Source of the DNA: an uncultured Bacteroidales bacterium
GTDB taxonomy: Bacteria; Bacteroidota; Bacteroidia; Bacteroidales; FEN-979
Assembly: GCA_963800585.1 (NCBI GenBank)
Contig: CAWDBP010000014.1
Location: 116,413 to 180,412 of the forward strand
DNA length: 64,000 nucleotides
Direction: 5' to 3'
The notes beneath the pieces were generated by a model. The model made no database searches. It was not told the DNA's origin and was given only the letters and a program-made list of their open reading frames with translations. Within the stretch, counting starts at the first letter, position 1, and every line of letters starts with the position of its first letter. Shown piece after piece: positions 16,998-25,301 of this stretch. The translations under genes and the position numbers were made by a program.

Positions 16998-19900
16998 ATG
17001 ATTGCCGATACCTTCATAAAACGCCCCATCACCGCCATAGTAATCTCCCTGGTATTAGTCATTGTCGGCACCCTGGCTATACTTAACCTGCCTGTAAGCC
17101 AGTACCCCGATATTTCACCGCCCGTGGTAAGGGTCTCGAGCCAGTATGTGGGTGCCGACGCCACAACGGTCGAGCAAACCGTCACCACACCCATAGAATT
17201 GCAGGTGAATGGAGCTACCGGCATGAACTATATCCAGAGCACCAGCACAAATGACGGCAGCTCCTCGATAAATGTCTTTTTTGATGTGGGAACAAACATC
17301 GATGTGGCCGCTACCGACGTGCAGAACAGGGTGAATATCGCAACTCCCATTCTGCCCGACCTGGTGAAAAGACTGGGAGTCACGGTCCGCAAGCGTAACC
17401 CTAGCAGCATCATGAATGTGGCCATCTTCTCTCCCAATGGCACTCACAGTATTAGGTTCCTCGATAACTACACGAATATTTTCGTTAGGGATGCCCTGAT
17501 GAGGGTGAAGGGTGTTGGCGATATCTTCACCCGGACCGATGATTTCTCCATGCGTATCTGGCTTAAGCCCGATAAGATGGCAAGCCTCGGACTGACAGCC
17601 AATGAGGTTCTGAATGCCGTCCAGGAACAGAATGTACAGGTCGCTGCCGGCTCCATCGGCACTCCTCCGCAACCCTACACCCAGCCTTTTGAATACACGG
17701 TGATTGTCAATGGAAGACTGAGTACCGTGGATGATTTCAATAAAATTGTCGTCAGGTCAAATCCGGTTGACGGATCAATAGTTTATCTAAAGGACGTGGC
17801 GCGGGTTGAGTTGGGTAAATTCAATTATTCGGGGACTGCCTTTGTCGACAAGAAGCCTTCCTCATACATGATCATATTCCAGACGCCCGGCAGCAATGCC
17901 CTGGATGTTGCAGATGGTGTCTACAAAACGATGGCCAACCTCAGCAAATCTTTCCCCAAAGATGTGGCTTACGTGGTGCCTTTTGAATCTGTATCAATCA
18001 TAAAAGCGTCGATAAGCGAAGTTATAACAACCCTTCTTGAGGCGCTGGCACTGGTCGTGCTCGTGGTATTTATCTTCCTCCAGGACTGGCGTTCAACCGT
18101 CATCCCCGTACTTGCAATCCCGGTTTCCATCATAGCCACCTTCATTTTCTTTATCCCTCTTGGGTTTACCATCAATAAGCTTACACTCTTCGGATTTGTT
18201 CTTGCGATCGGGATCGTTGTTGACGACGCTATCATAGTGGTCGAAGCGGTGCAGCGTTACATCGAAGAGCAGCACCTCACCCCGAAAGAAGCTGCCTTCA
18301 AGGCAATGGCAGATATCTCCGGACCTGTGGTTGCCATTGCGCTTGTTCTTGCCGCCGTATTTGTCCCTGCCGGCTTCTTGCCCGGCATTGTCGGCAGACT
18401 CTATCAGCAATTTGCAATCACCATCGCCATCTCGGTCCTCATCTCCGCTTTTGTGGCCCTGTCGCTCACTCCTGCTTTGTGTTCTTTGTTCCTGAAACCG
18501 CATCATATCACTAAATCTTCAAAAGGACTGAACTACCTTTTCTACCATTTTGATAAATGGTTTACCCGCAGAACGGAGGGATATACGAAAAATGTCAGGC
18601 TGGCAATAAAGAATTCCCGCTATGTTGTCATCCTCCTGTTACTGGTGATCTTCGGAGCTTTTGTTATGCTTCGTAACAAGCCCACCGGGTTCATCCCAGT
18701 TGAAGATGAAGGTCGTTTATACATTACCTACGAGCTGCCCGAAGGTGCTTCAAATTCACGCTCCATTGATGTGATAAAGAAAATGATGGATATTCTCCTG
18801 GATATCAAGGGTGTAAGCCATTGTTCTGCCGTGGGAGGGCTGAATGTGGTCACGGGAGCCCTCAAATCCAACAGCGGCACGATCTTCTGCCAGTTAATCC
18901 CCTGGGACGACCGTAAAAGCAAGTCGGAACACATCTATGCGTTGATGGCCGAGATGCAGAAGAGGTTCGCAGCCATACGGAATGCCAATATTCTAGTCAT
19001 ACCTCCTCCTGCCATCCCGGGACTCGGGGCTACGGGCGGGTTCACCTTTGAGCTGCAGCAGCGCGAAAGCAATGATGATATCAGGGCCTTCGAACGAAAC
19101 GTGCGCACCTTCATGGCAGCCATCAACAAACGTCCTGAAATCGCAAGGGCCATAACCTTTTTCAATACCCGCACTCCCAACTATCAGCTCACCGTCGACC
19201 GCGATAAATGTAAAAAGATGGGCGTGAACCTTGCCGATGTCTTCAGCACCATCCAGACCTATCTCGGCAGTGCCTATATCAATGACTTTACCATATACAA
19301 CCGCAACTTCCGCGTCATCGCTCAGGCAGATACCCTCTACCGCAACGACATCGTCGACATGGATAAATATTATGTCCGTAACCAGCAGGGCACAATGCTT
19401 CCCTTAAGCTCCGTGATGAGCTATAAAGTCAGCGAAAGCGCCTCCATGCTCTCCCATTATAACCTCTACCGGATGGCCGAGTTCGTAGGCGATGCAAAAC
19501 CCGGGTACAGCTCTGGGCAGGCGCTCCAGGCTTTACAGGAAACCGCACAACAGGTGCTCCCCGCCGGCTATGGATATGAGTTTTCAGGCCTGAGCCGTGA
19601 AGAAACAAAAGCAGGAAACACTTCGATGTACGTTTTCATCCTGTCGATTCTGTTCGTCTTCCTCTTCCTCTCCGCCTTATATGAAAGCTGGACAGTCCCA
19701 TTCACAATCCTGCTCGGAGTTCCGCTTGCAGCTTTCGGGGCTATACTGGCACTGACGCTGATCCCAAGCCTGTCAAACAACGTTTACGCGCAAATAGGTT
19801 TGATAACATTGATCGGCCTCGCAGCCAAGAACTCGATCCTGATAGTCGAATTCGCCAAAGAGCGAGTCGACCGTGGCATCGAAGTGGTAGCGGCCACCAT

Positions 19901-20186
19901 CGAGGCTGTTCGCCTGAGGCTGCGTCCTATCCTGATGACCTCCTTTGCTTTCATCTTCGGAGTATCGCCATTGGTATTCGCCAGCGGAGCAGGCGCCGTC
20001 GCCCGTCAAACCATCGGATGGTCGGTCCTCGGTGGAATGCTCGCCGCCACAGCAATGGGAGTATTCATCATCCCGGTATTATTTATCCTCATAATCCGAG
20101 CCAGCTACGGCAGGAAAAAACTCGCCGAACTTCAGGAACAAAACAAACCCGCAGAAGACGTCCACCCGGAATACCTTGAGGAATAG
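16998..20186 (+). CDS. efflux RND transporter permease subunit (AcrB/MexB family)
   Basis: Intact 1062-aa ORF with a canonical N-terminus (FIKRPITAIVISLVLVIVGTLAILNLPVSQYPDISPP) and a 12-TM RND architecture. Confidence 0.95.
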   Translation: MIADTFIKRPITAIVISLVLVIVGTLAILNLPVSQYPDISPPVVRVSSQYVGADATTVEQTVTTPIELQVNGATGMNYIQSTSTNDGSSSINVFFDVGTNIDVAATDVQNRVNIATPILPDLVKRLGVTVRKRNPSSIMNVAIFSPNGTHSIRFLDNYTNIFVRDALMRVKGVGDIFTRTDDFSMRIWLKPDKMASLGLTANEVLNAVQEQNVQVAAGSIGTPPQPYTQPFEYTVIVNGRLSTVDDFNKIVVRSNPVDGSIVYLKDVARVELGKFNYSGTAFVDKKPSSYMIIFQTPGSNALDVADGVYKTMANLSKSFPKDVAYVVPFESVSIIKASISEVITTLLEALALVVLVVFIFLQDWRSTVIPVLAIPVSIIATFIFFIPLGFTINKLTLFGFVLAIGIVVDDAIIVVEAVQRYIEEQHLTPKEAAFKAMADISGPVVAIALVLAAVFVPAGFLPGIVGRLYQQFAITIAISVLISAFVALSLTPALCSLFLKPHHITKSSKGLNYLFYHFDKWFTRRTEGYTKNVRLAIKNSRYVVILLLLVIFGAFVMLRNKPTGFIPVEDEGRLYITYELPEGASNSRSIDVIKKMMDILLDIKGVSHCSAVGGLNVVTGALKSNSGTIFCQLIPWDDRKSKSEHIYALMAEMQKRFAAIRNANILVIPPPAIPGLGATGGFTFELQQRESNDDIRAFERNVRTFMAAINKRPEIARAITFFNTRTPNYQLTVDRDKCKKMGVNLADVFSTIQTYLGSAYINDFTIYNRNFRVIAQADTLYRNDIVDMDKYYVRNQQGTMLPLSSVMSYKVSESASMLSHYNLYRMAEFVGDAKPGYSSGQALQALQETAQQVLPAGYGYEFSGLSREETKAGNTSMYVFILSILFVFLFLSALYESWTVPFTILLGVPLAAFGAILALTLIPSLSNNVYAQIGLITLIGLAAKNSILIVEFAKERVDRGIEVVAATIEAVRLRLRPILMTSFAFIFGVSPLVFASGAGAVARQTIGWSVLGGMLAATAMGVFIIPVLFILIIRASYGRKKLAELQEQNKPAEDVHPEYLEE

Positions 20187-20213
20187 CCTGAAAATAACTG
20201 GCAAGATTGTAAT

Positions 20214-20264
20214 CTTTTACCATTTTACCACCTGCCTGCCGGAGCTAGGTTTTACCATTTTACC
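20214..20264 (-). repeat. composite repeat: TTTTACCA octamers flanking a CCTGCCTGCCG..AGG core (element J)
   Basis: cttttacca ttttacca cctgcctgccggagctagg ttttacca ttttacc. The minus strand (GGTAAAA) supplies the last codons (KVKW) and the TAA of the 20252-22066 gene. Confidence 0.9.
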
Positions 20265-22066
20265 TTTTGATCCTGTTGGTTCAAAAGTGGATTTGAATGT
20301 ACGTCCAGTCCGGTGGCATCCCTGATCTCCTTTACTTTTTCCTGGGCTGCAAGTGCCTCCGGATTCCACCGGATGGCCTCGTTAAAATAATACGATGCCA
20401 CATCATACCGGCGCAACCAGTTGTAAATATTCCCCAGGTGAATGTAAACCTCGTAAAATGACGGGGAATAAAGGATGGCCTGGTTATAATAATAAACGGC
20501 AGTATCAATATTCTGAATGCCTTGCATGGTAGCCCGCAGCTCATAAACATACCCCAGCCAAAACAAGGCGTCACCAAAGGTCGGGTGAATCGCAAGTGCC
20601 CGTTCTAAATCCTTCCGGGCTTCATTAATCTCGTTGGTTTTCTTCTGCTTGTCAGTTTCCGTGGATGCGTTCTGCAGGTAATGGCCTGCCATATGCAACT
20701 GGTTCTGGGCACTCGTCGCACCGGTTCTTATATCGGTCGAATAGAGCGTGAATTCATCCTTCCATGCCTTATTCCGGTTCACTGTCTTAAAGGAATAAAG
20801 TCCGGTAATAAGGAGAACCAGCGGGAAAATGATAATTACGGATTTCATAAAACCAACATTCATCCTGATTGGGGCTGAGAAATTAGTCCGTGTCACCTTT
20901 TCAAGGATCCACACAACAGCAATGCTGAATCCCAGGGAAGGGGCGAATAAAAAACGTTCGGCGAATATCCCCCCTCGAAGAAAAACGAAAGCAAGGGCAG
21001 GGATAAGAGTAATAATAAAAAATCCGATCGCAAAACCGAGACTGGATCTTTTCTGAACCTGTTTTATTCCCAGCCAGGTTAATAAACCGAACGCGACCAA
21101 TCCGAGCCAGGCAAGAGGACTGTCCCATTTTACCGCCGGCAGGTAATTGTAGGAATAGTCATAGCGTAAAGGGTCCGGATAAAAAAGTATCCTGAAAAAG
21201 AAGAGAAACAGCATGAAAAGACTGGAATATTTTAATTCAGGGTCATGGTAAGGGTAGTTCAGAATATCATCGGGGATCTTTGTCGTAACGGGTTCCAGCA
21301 GGATATTTTTTTGGATGTAGAACAGGACGATTACTGCTGCATAAGGCAACGACTTCTTTACCAGTTCAACGGTTTTTGTATGTCCCCGGTAGTACAGGAT
21401 TAAGGGAATAAGCAGGATGCCCATTATCGCGCTTTCCTTGGAAAGAAGCGCCAGGTAAAAGAAAAACAGGCTTAAATAAAGATAGCGTTTATTTTTCCGG
21501 TCGGAATAGTGTAACGCAAAATAACCCATCACCACCATGTTGAAGAAACTAAGCAGCTCATCACGGCTTTTTATATTCGCCACAACTTCCGTATGAACAG
21601 GAAAACTCGCGAAAAGCAAGGTGACAAATAAGGGGAATAGCGGGTTCTTCGAAGGAAACAATTTGCTTACCAGGAGAAAAACAAAAAATACGGTAAGCGC
21701 GTAAAGAAGCACATTATCCAGGTGGCTTACATGCGGGTTCAGCTTAAAAAATGCATTCTCAATTGCAAAGGTGATCAGTGGAAGAGGCCGGTAATACCCG
21801 AGTTTGAGTCCCGTAAAATGCCAGAAATCGATGGTCAGGAGTTTCGGTATCCCGCTCAATCCTTGCAGCACGAACCGGTTGCTGGTAATGGCAGCATAAT
21901 CGTCAAGCACATATCCATATCCGATAGTGTTCATGTACAACAAAAAACCAATCACCCCGCAAAACAAAGCCAGCCGGTAATTGACCGGATAAGTTACTTC
22001 AGGCGGTTTCAAGGTCTTCCCGGGTTTATGAATTACCGCCGGTTTTGAAAGTTTCTTCTGAGCCAT
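20252..22066 (-). CDS. polytopic membrane protein with C-terminal TPR repeats (GT-C / PMT-TMTC-like glycosyltransferase candidate)
   Basis: 604 aa. About 11 predicted TM helices follow a cytoplasmic N-terminus, with an acidic YVLDDYA motif in the first loop. The C-terminal part (about 150 aa) has TPR-like repeats (ALFWLGYVYEL..., AVYYYNQAILYSP..., ASYYFNEAIRWNP). Confidence 0.65.
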   Translation of the reverse strand: MAQKKLSKPAVIHKPGKTLKPPEVTYPVNYRLALFCGVIGFLLYMNTIGYGYVLDDYAAITSNRFVLQGLSGIPKLLTIDFWHFTGLKLGYYRPLPLITFAIENAFFKLNPHVSHLDNVLLYALTVFFVFLLVSKLFPSKNPLFPLFVTLLFASFPVHTEVVANIKSRDELLSFFNMVVMGYFALHYSDRKNKRYLYLSLFFFYLALLSKESAIMGILLIPLILYYRGHTKTVELVKKSLPYAAVIVLFYIQKNILLEPVTTKIPDDILNYPYHDPELKYSSLFMLFLFFFRILFYPDPLRYDYSYNYLPAVKWDSPLAWLGLVAFGLLTWLGIKQVQKRSSLGFAIGFFIITLIPALAFVFLRGGIFAERFLFAPSLGFSIAVVWILEKVTRTNFSAPIRMNVGFMKSVIIIFPLVLLITGLYSFKTVNRNKAWKDEFTLYSTDIRTGATSAQNQLHMAGHYLQNASTETDKQKKTNEINEARKDLERALAIHPTFGDALFWLGYVYELRATMQGIQNIDTAVYYYNQAILYSPSFYEVYIHLGNIYNWLRRYDVASYYFNEAIRWNPEALAAQEKVKEIRDATGLDVHSNPLLNQQDQKVKW

Positions 22067-22200
22067 AACATACTGAGGGTTAGGATATACCCCTGAAAAA
22101 ATTAAACACTATCTGCAACAAACAATCCATTGGGTAAAGTTAAAACTATTTAGAATCAAATGGTAAAACCTGTCTGCCGGTTTTCCTGTTTGATTCTTAT

Positions 22201-22208
22201 TACATTTG
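22201..22208 (+). promoter_or_regulatory. candidate -7 box (TAnnTTTG)
   Basis: TACATTTG, 20 nt upstream of the ATG at 22229 (MEHFVIG...). This supports 22229 over the listed ORF start at 22160. Confidence 0.5.
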
Positions 22209-22228
22209 CAGTAGATGTCTGTAAATTT

Positions 22229-23701
22229 ATGGAACATTTCGTCATCGGAATATTTGTCGTAAGCATCTGCATCATTGGTTATTTTTTTGCATGGAAGCGG
22301 TTCCGGAAAGAACGGTTCAAACTCTCATTATTTCTTATTTTGTTTTGCGGCCTGGTCATGAGGGTTTACATGGCTTCCGATCACTATATTCATGACTGGG
22401 ATGAACGGTATCATGCTGTTGTGGCAAAGAACCTTATTAAGCATCCGTTAAAGCCGACTCTTTACGACAATAATATTCTTAAGTACGATTACAAAGTATG
22501 GGTCGCAAATAATGTATGGTTGGAAAAGCCTCCGGTTCCGTTGTGGTTCATCGCAGCATCCCTCTTTGCTTTTGGCAATAATGAATTCGCCTTACGCCTT
22601 CCGTCACTGCTGATCTCATTACTGGCAATCTATCTGACATTTCTTTTAGGACGTTATCTTTTTGATTCAAAAACGGGTCTGTTAGCTGCTTTTTTACAAT
22701 CCATAAATGGAATTGTACTCGAATTGGCTGGAGGTAAGTTATCGTCCGACCATGTGGAAACTTTCTTTGATGTATTTATCGAAATCGCAATAGTCCTCTG
22801 CATTATATCAATAATTAAAAGGAATAAGTATTATTTATCATTCTTGAGTGGTATTTTCATCGGATTAGCAATTGTTTCAAAATGGATGCCGGCTTTAATT
22901 GTTTTTCCGGTCTGGCTGACGGGAGCCATTTTCGCAAAGAAGTACACAATGAAGGAGATAATAAGTCATTTCTTCCTGATGCTTGCCGGGTGCCTGATCA
23001 TTTCCTTACCCTGGTTCATCCATATTTTAAGGATGTATCCCGAGGAGTCCCGTTGGGTCATTCGCAAGTTCCTTTTTGCATATTCTGAAAGCATCGAAGG
23101 TCATAATGCCCCTTTCTGGTATTACTTAAATTATGTGGAGATTATTTTCGGTGAAATTGTTTATATCCCCCTGTTCTTTGCCATTTACAGCATGATAAAA
23201 GACAAGAAGGAATGGGCGCTGAAATTACTTTCAATCTGGTGGATCCTCCCGGTAATTATCTTCTCATTTGCTGAAACGAAAAGACATACTTATTTGATGT
23301 TATCCGCTCCGGCCTATTTTTTGATCACCGCCTGGTATTGGTTCTATCTGAAGAACGCTGTGGTCAATAAAAAATACAACTGGCTTAAGTATCTCGTTCT
23401 AGTATTACTGATAATTCTGCCGGTGAGATTATGTATAGAAAGAATGAAGCCATTCGACAAAGAGGAAATGAATCCATCTTGGGCTAAGGAGCTGCGATTG
23501 CTAAATCAACAGATAAATGAAAAACAGGTGGTGATCTTTAATTCGGAAAGACCCATCGAGACAATGTTCTATACAAATTTCACGGCCTATTCAGGCTTAC
23601 CTGATTCCACAACAATCCAAAAATTCATCTCAAATGGTTATACTCCTTATGTTTATAAAAATGGCGTAGTACAGCATCTCCTGCAAAACGCCAGGCATTA
23701 G
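22229..23701 (+). CDS. glycosyltransferase family 39 (ArnT/PMT-like GT-C) membrane protein
   Basis: HDWDERYHAVVAKNL...EKPPVPLWFIAASLFAFGNNEFALRLPSLL matches the PMT_2/ArnT first-loop and TM pattern. The protein is multi-TM throughout. Confidence 0.8.
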   Translation: MEHFVIGIFVVSICIIGYFFAWKRFRKERFKLSLFLILFCGLVMRVYMASDHYIHDWDERYHAVVAKNLIKHPLKPTLYDNNILKYDYKVWVANNVWLEKPPVPLWFIAASLFAFGNNEFALRLPSLLISLLAIYLTFLLGRYLFDSKTGLLAAFLQSINGIVLELAGGKLSSDHVETFFDVFIEIAIVLCIISIIKRNKYYLSFLSGIFIGLAIVSKWMPALIVFPVWLTGAIFAKKYTMKEIISHFFLMLAGCLIISLPWFIHILRMYPEESRWVIRKFLFAYSESIEGHNAPFWYYLNYVEIIFGEIVYIPLFFAIYSMIKDKKEWALKLLSIWWILPVIIFSFAETKRHTYLMLSAPAYFLITAWYWFYLKNAVVNKKYNWLKYLVLVLLIILPVRLCIERMKPFDKEEMNPSWAKELRLLNQQINEKQVVIFNSERPIETMFYTNFTAYSGLPDSTTIQKFISNGYTPYVYKNGVVQHLLQNARH

Positions 23702-23762
23702 GTCAACCATCTTTCTCTAAACCACAAATACGACAAACGAAATCATAAAGTAATCAAAGAAA

Positions 23763-23845
23763 TTTTACCATTTTACCATTTTACCATTTTACCATTTTAC
23801 CATCTTACCATCTTACCACTTGCCTGCCGTAGGCAGGTTTTACCA
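23763..23845 (-). repeat. composite repeat: TTTTACCA x5, TCTTACCA x2, CTTGCCTGCCGTAGGCAGG core (hairpin CCTGCC/GGCAGG), TTTTACCA (element I)
   Basis: Read directly. It has the same architecture and orientation as 20214-20264. The hairpin at 23823-23837 is followed by TTTT. Confidence 0.9.
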
Positions 23846-24333
23846 TCTGATTTGTGTTTCCCTTTTTTTGATTATTTTTGAGATTCAGAATCTCCTCCTG
23901 ATCCCTCGTAAAAGCTAATGGTATGAAAAAATCTTTACTTGTATTACTCCTCATCTCTTTCTTTTTCCCATCTTATGCAAAAGAAATCAAACGGTAAAAA
24001 TAGATCATCCTTTTGGCGAGGTAAGAAATGATATCCTCAAGTACAGGACAAAAGAAAATACCGTTTGCCGGGCCGAATTGTTCAATAACTGACATTTCAA
24101 TTCCCGTCATACCAAACGATTTCTGGCCATTCTTAGTCTCCTTCTGACTTTAAAAATCGTTGATCAATATTCCTTAGTAAATAAAAAATAAAAATTCATT
24201 TAATAACTTGATAAATACCTATATACAAAAGTTCGAACATAACCCGATGAAATGTCTTTTGTTCTAAATTTCAGGCATACGGTATTGGTGCATACAAAAG
24301 CGTCTCTCACTTTTTTGCATTTGCACATGATCA

Positions 24334-24449
24334 AGCCCTGAAAGGGCGCCATATGAATAACCCCCGGTGTAACCGGGGGTCAGGGAAACCATCACGACTT
24401 CTTAGCCCTGAAGGGGCGTCATATAAATAACCCCCGGTGTAACCGGGGG
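24334..24449 (+). repeat. two copies of a 46-nt double-hairpin module (24334-24379 and 24404-24449)
   Basis: The copies are agccctgaaagggcgccatatgaataacccccggtgtaaccggggg and agccctgaaggggcgtcatataaataacccccggtgtaaccggggg, identical at 43 of 46 positions. Each has a GCCC-loop-GGGC hairpin and a CCCCCGG-TGTAA-CCGGGGG hairpin. Confidence 0.85.
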
Positions 24450-24574
24450 CAAAACCATACTGCCGACTTCCGGATTCTTTTTATTCCTTAAAACTTGTGT
24501 TTCATTTTTTTTTGCGAACTTAGCGCCCCTGCCGGCAGGCAGGTTAGCAATTTTGCGGTTAACGAAACCTTAAG

Positions 24575-25273
24575 ATGAAAGCTGTCTTTATATCAATCTG
24601 TTTCTATTTCCTATTGTCCTCTGCCTCCTTCTCCCAGGATTCGGTTTATATTCTTCAAAAGAAAGACTTCGATAAATTTAAAAAAGGCTATCTGGTCACC
24701 TACGATAAAGATACACTTAAGGGGCAGATCTATCTGGAATCTTATGAAAAAATATACTTCATTAAGGAGGGAAGCAAAATAAAAAATGCTGCAACCGGGA
24801 AGCTTTCAGATTTACCTTTCTTTCTGGCAGGCGACGGTAATATTAAAGCATTTAACAGGGATGGCTTGTCCTTTGAATTTCAAAACATTTTTCCAAAAAA
24901 CACCCCTGTATTTCTTAATATTATGGAACAAGGACCCATTAATCTTTATCGACTGATATATGATTATGAGGATGCAGGCATGGAAAACGGTGGTTGGATA
25001 AAGCTTTTTGGAATTGCAGGGATTCTTTCCTATGAATTGATAAAACAAAATTCGACACCAGATAAAGTATATGAAAATGCTTACTACGTGCAGAAAGGTC
25101 CGAACACCCCGGTTTATTTTGTACCTGATGGAGAGAAAAAATACAGGGAAGTGGTTTATCCACTAATAAAAGATAATCCAGCCTTTCTTAAGACCCTTGT
25201 TGGTCAATACTTTGATTATCAACATTTAGCCGAGAATATAAAACAATACAACGCCACACTAAAAACCAAATAA
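24575..25273 (+). CDS. hypothetical secreted protein
   Basis: 232-aa ORF with a signal peptide (MKAVFISICFYFLLSSASFSQ). I recognise no family. Confidence 0.55.
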   Translation: MKAVFISICFYFLLSSASFSQDSVYILQKKDFDKFKKGYLVTYDKDTLKGQIYLESYEKIYFIKEGSKIKNAATGKLSDLPFFLAGDGNIKAFNRDGLSFEFQNIFPKNTPVFLNIMEQGPINLYRLIYDYEDAGMENGGWIKLFGIAGILSYELIKQNSTPDKVYENAYYVQKGPNTPVYFVPDGEKKYREVVYPLIKDNPAFLKTLVGQYFDYQHLAENIKQYNATLKTK

Positions 25274-25301
25274 AAAATAAGAAAAACTCACCAGTTCACT
25301 A

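Noticed and set aside
17115-17672. Long antisense ORFs inside the RND pump (17115-17672, 18093-18506), dnaK (49388-49882, 50069-50440), panB (52646-53302) and the prolyl oligopeptidase gene (12239-12919)
   Set aside because: They lie opposite strongly supported, intact conserved genes. Their composition is low-complexity and typical of antisense frames.
23924-24100. Short ORF MKKSLLVLLLISFFFPSYAKEIKR-stop, possibly continuing in another frame (TVKIDHPFGEVRNDILKYRTKENTVCRAELFNN)
   Set aside because: It looks like a signal-peptide remnant or a tiny frameshifted gene. It is too short and unsupported to call as a feature.
24334-24449. Possible mini-CRISPR array (two 46-nt repeats, 24-nt spacer)
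   Set aside because: There are only two copies. The repeat is longer and the spacer shorter than usual. No cas genes or leader are in the window, and each repeat is a double hairpin more like a REP or terminator module.
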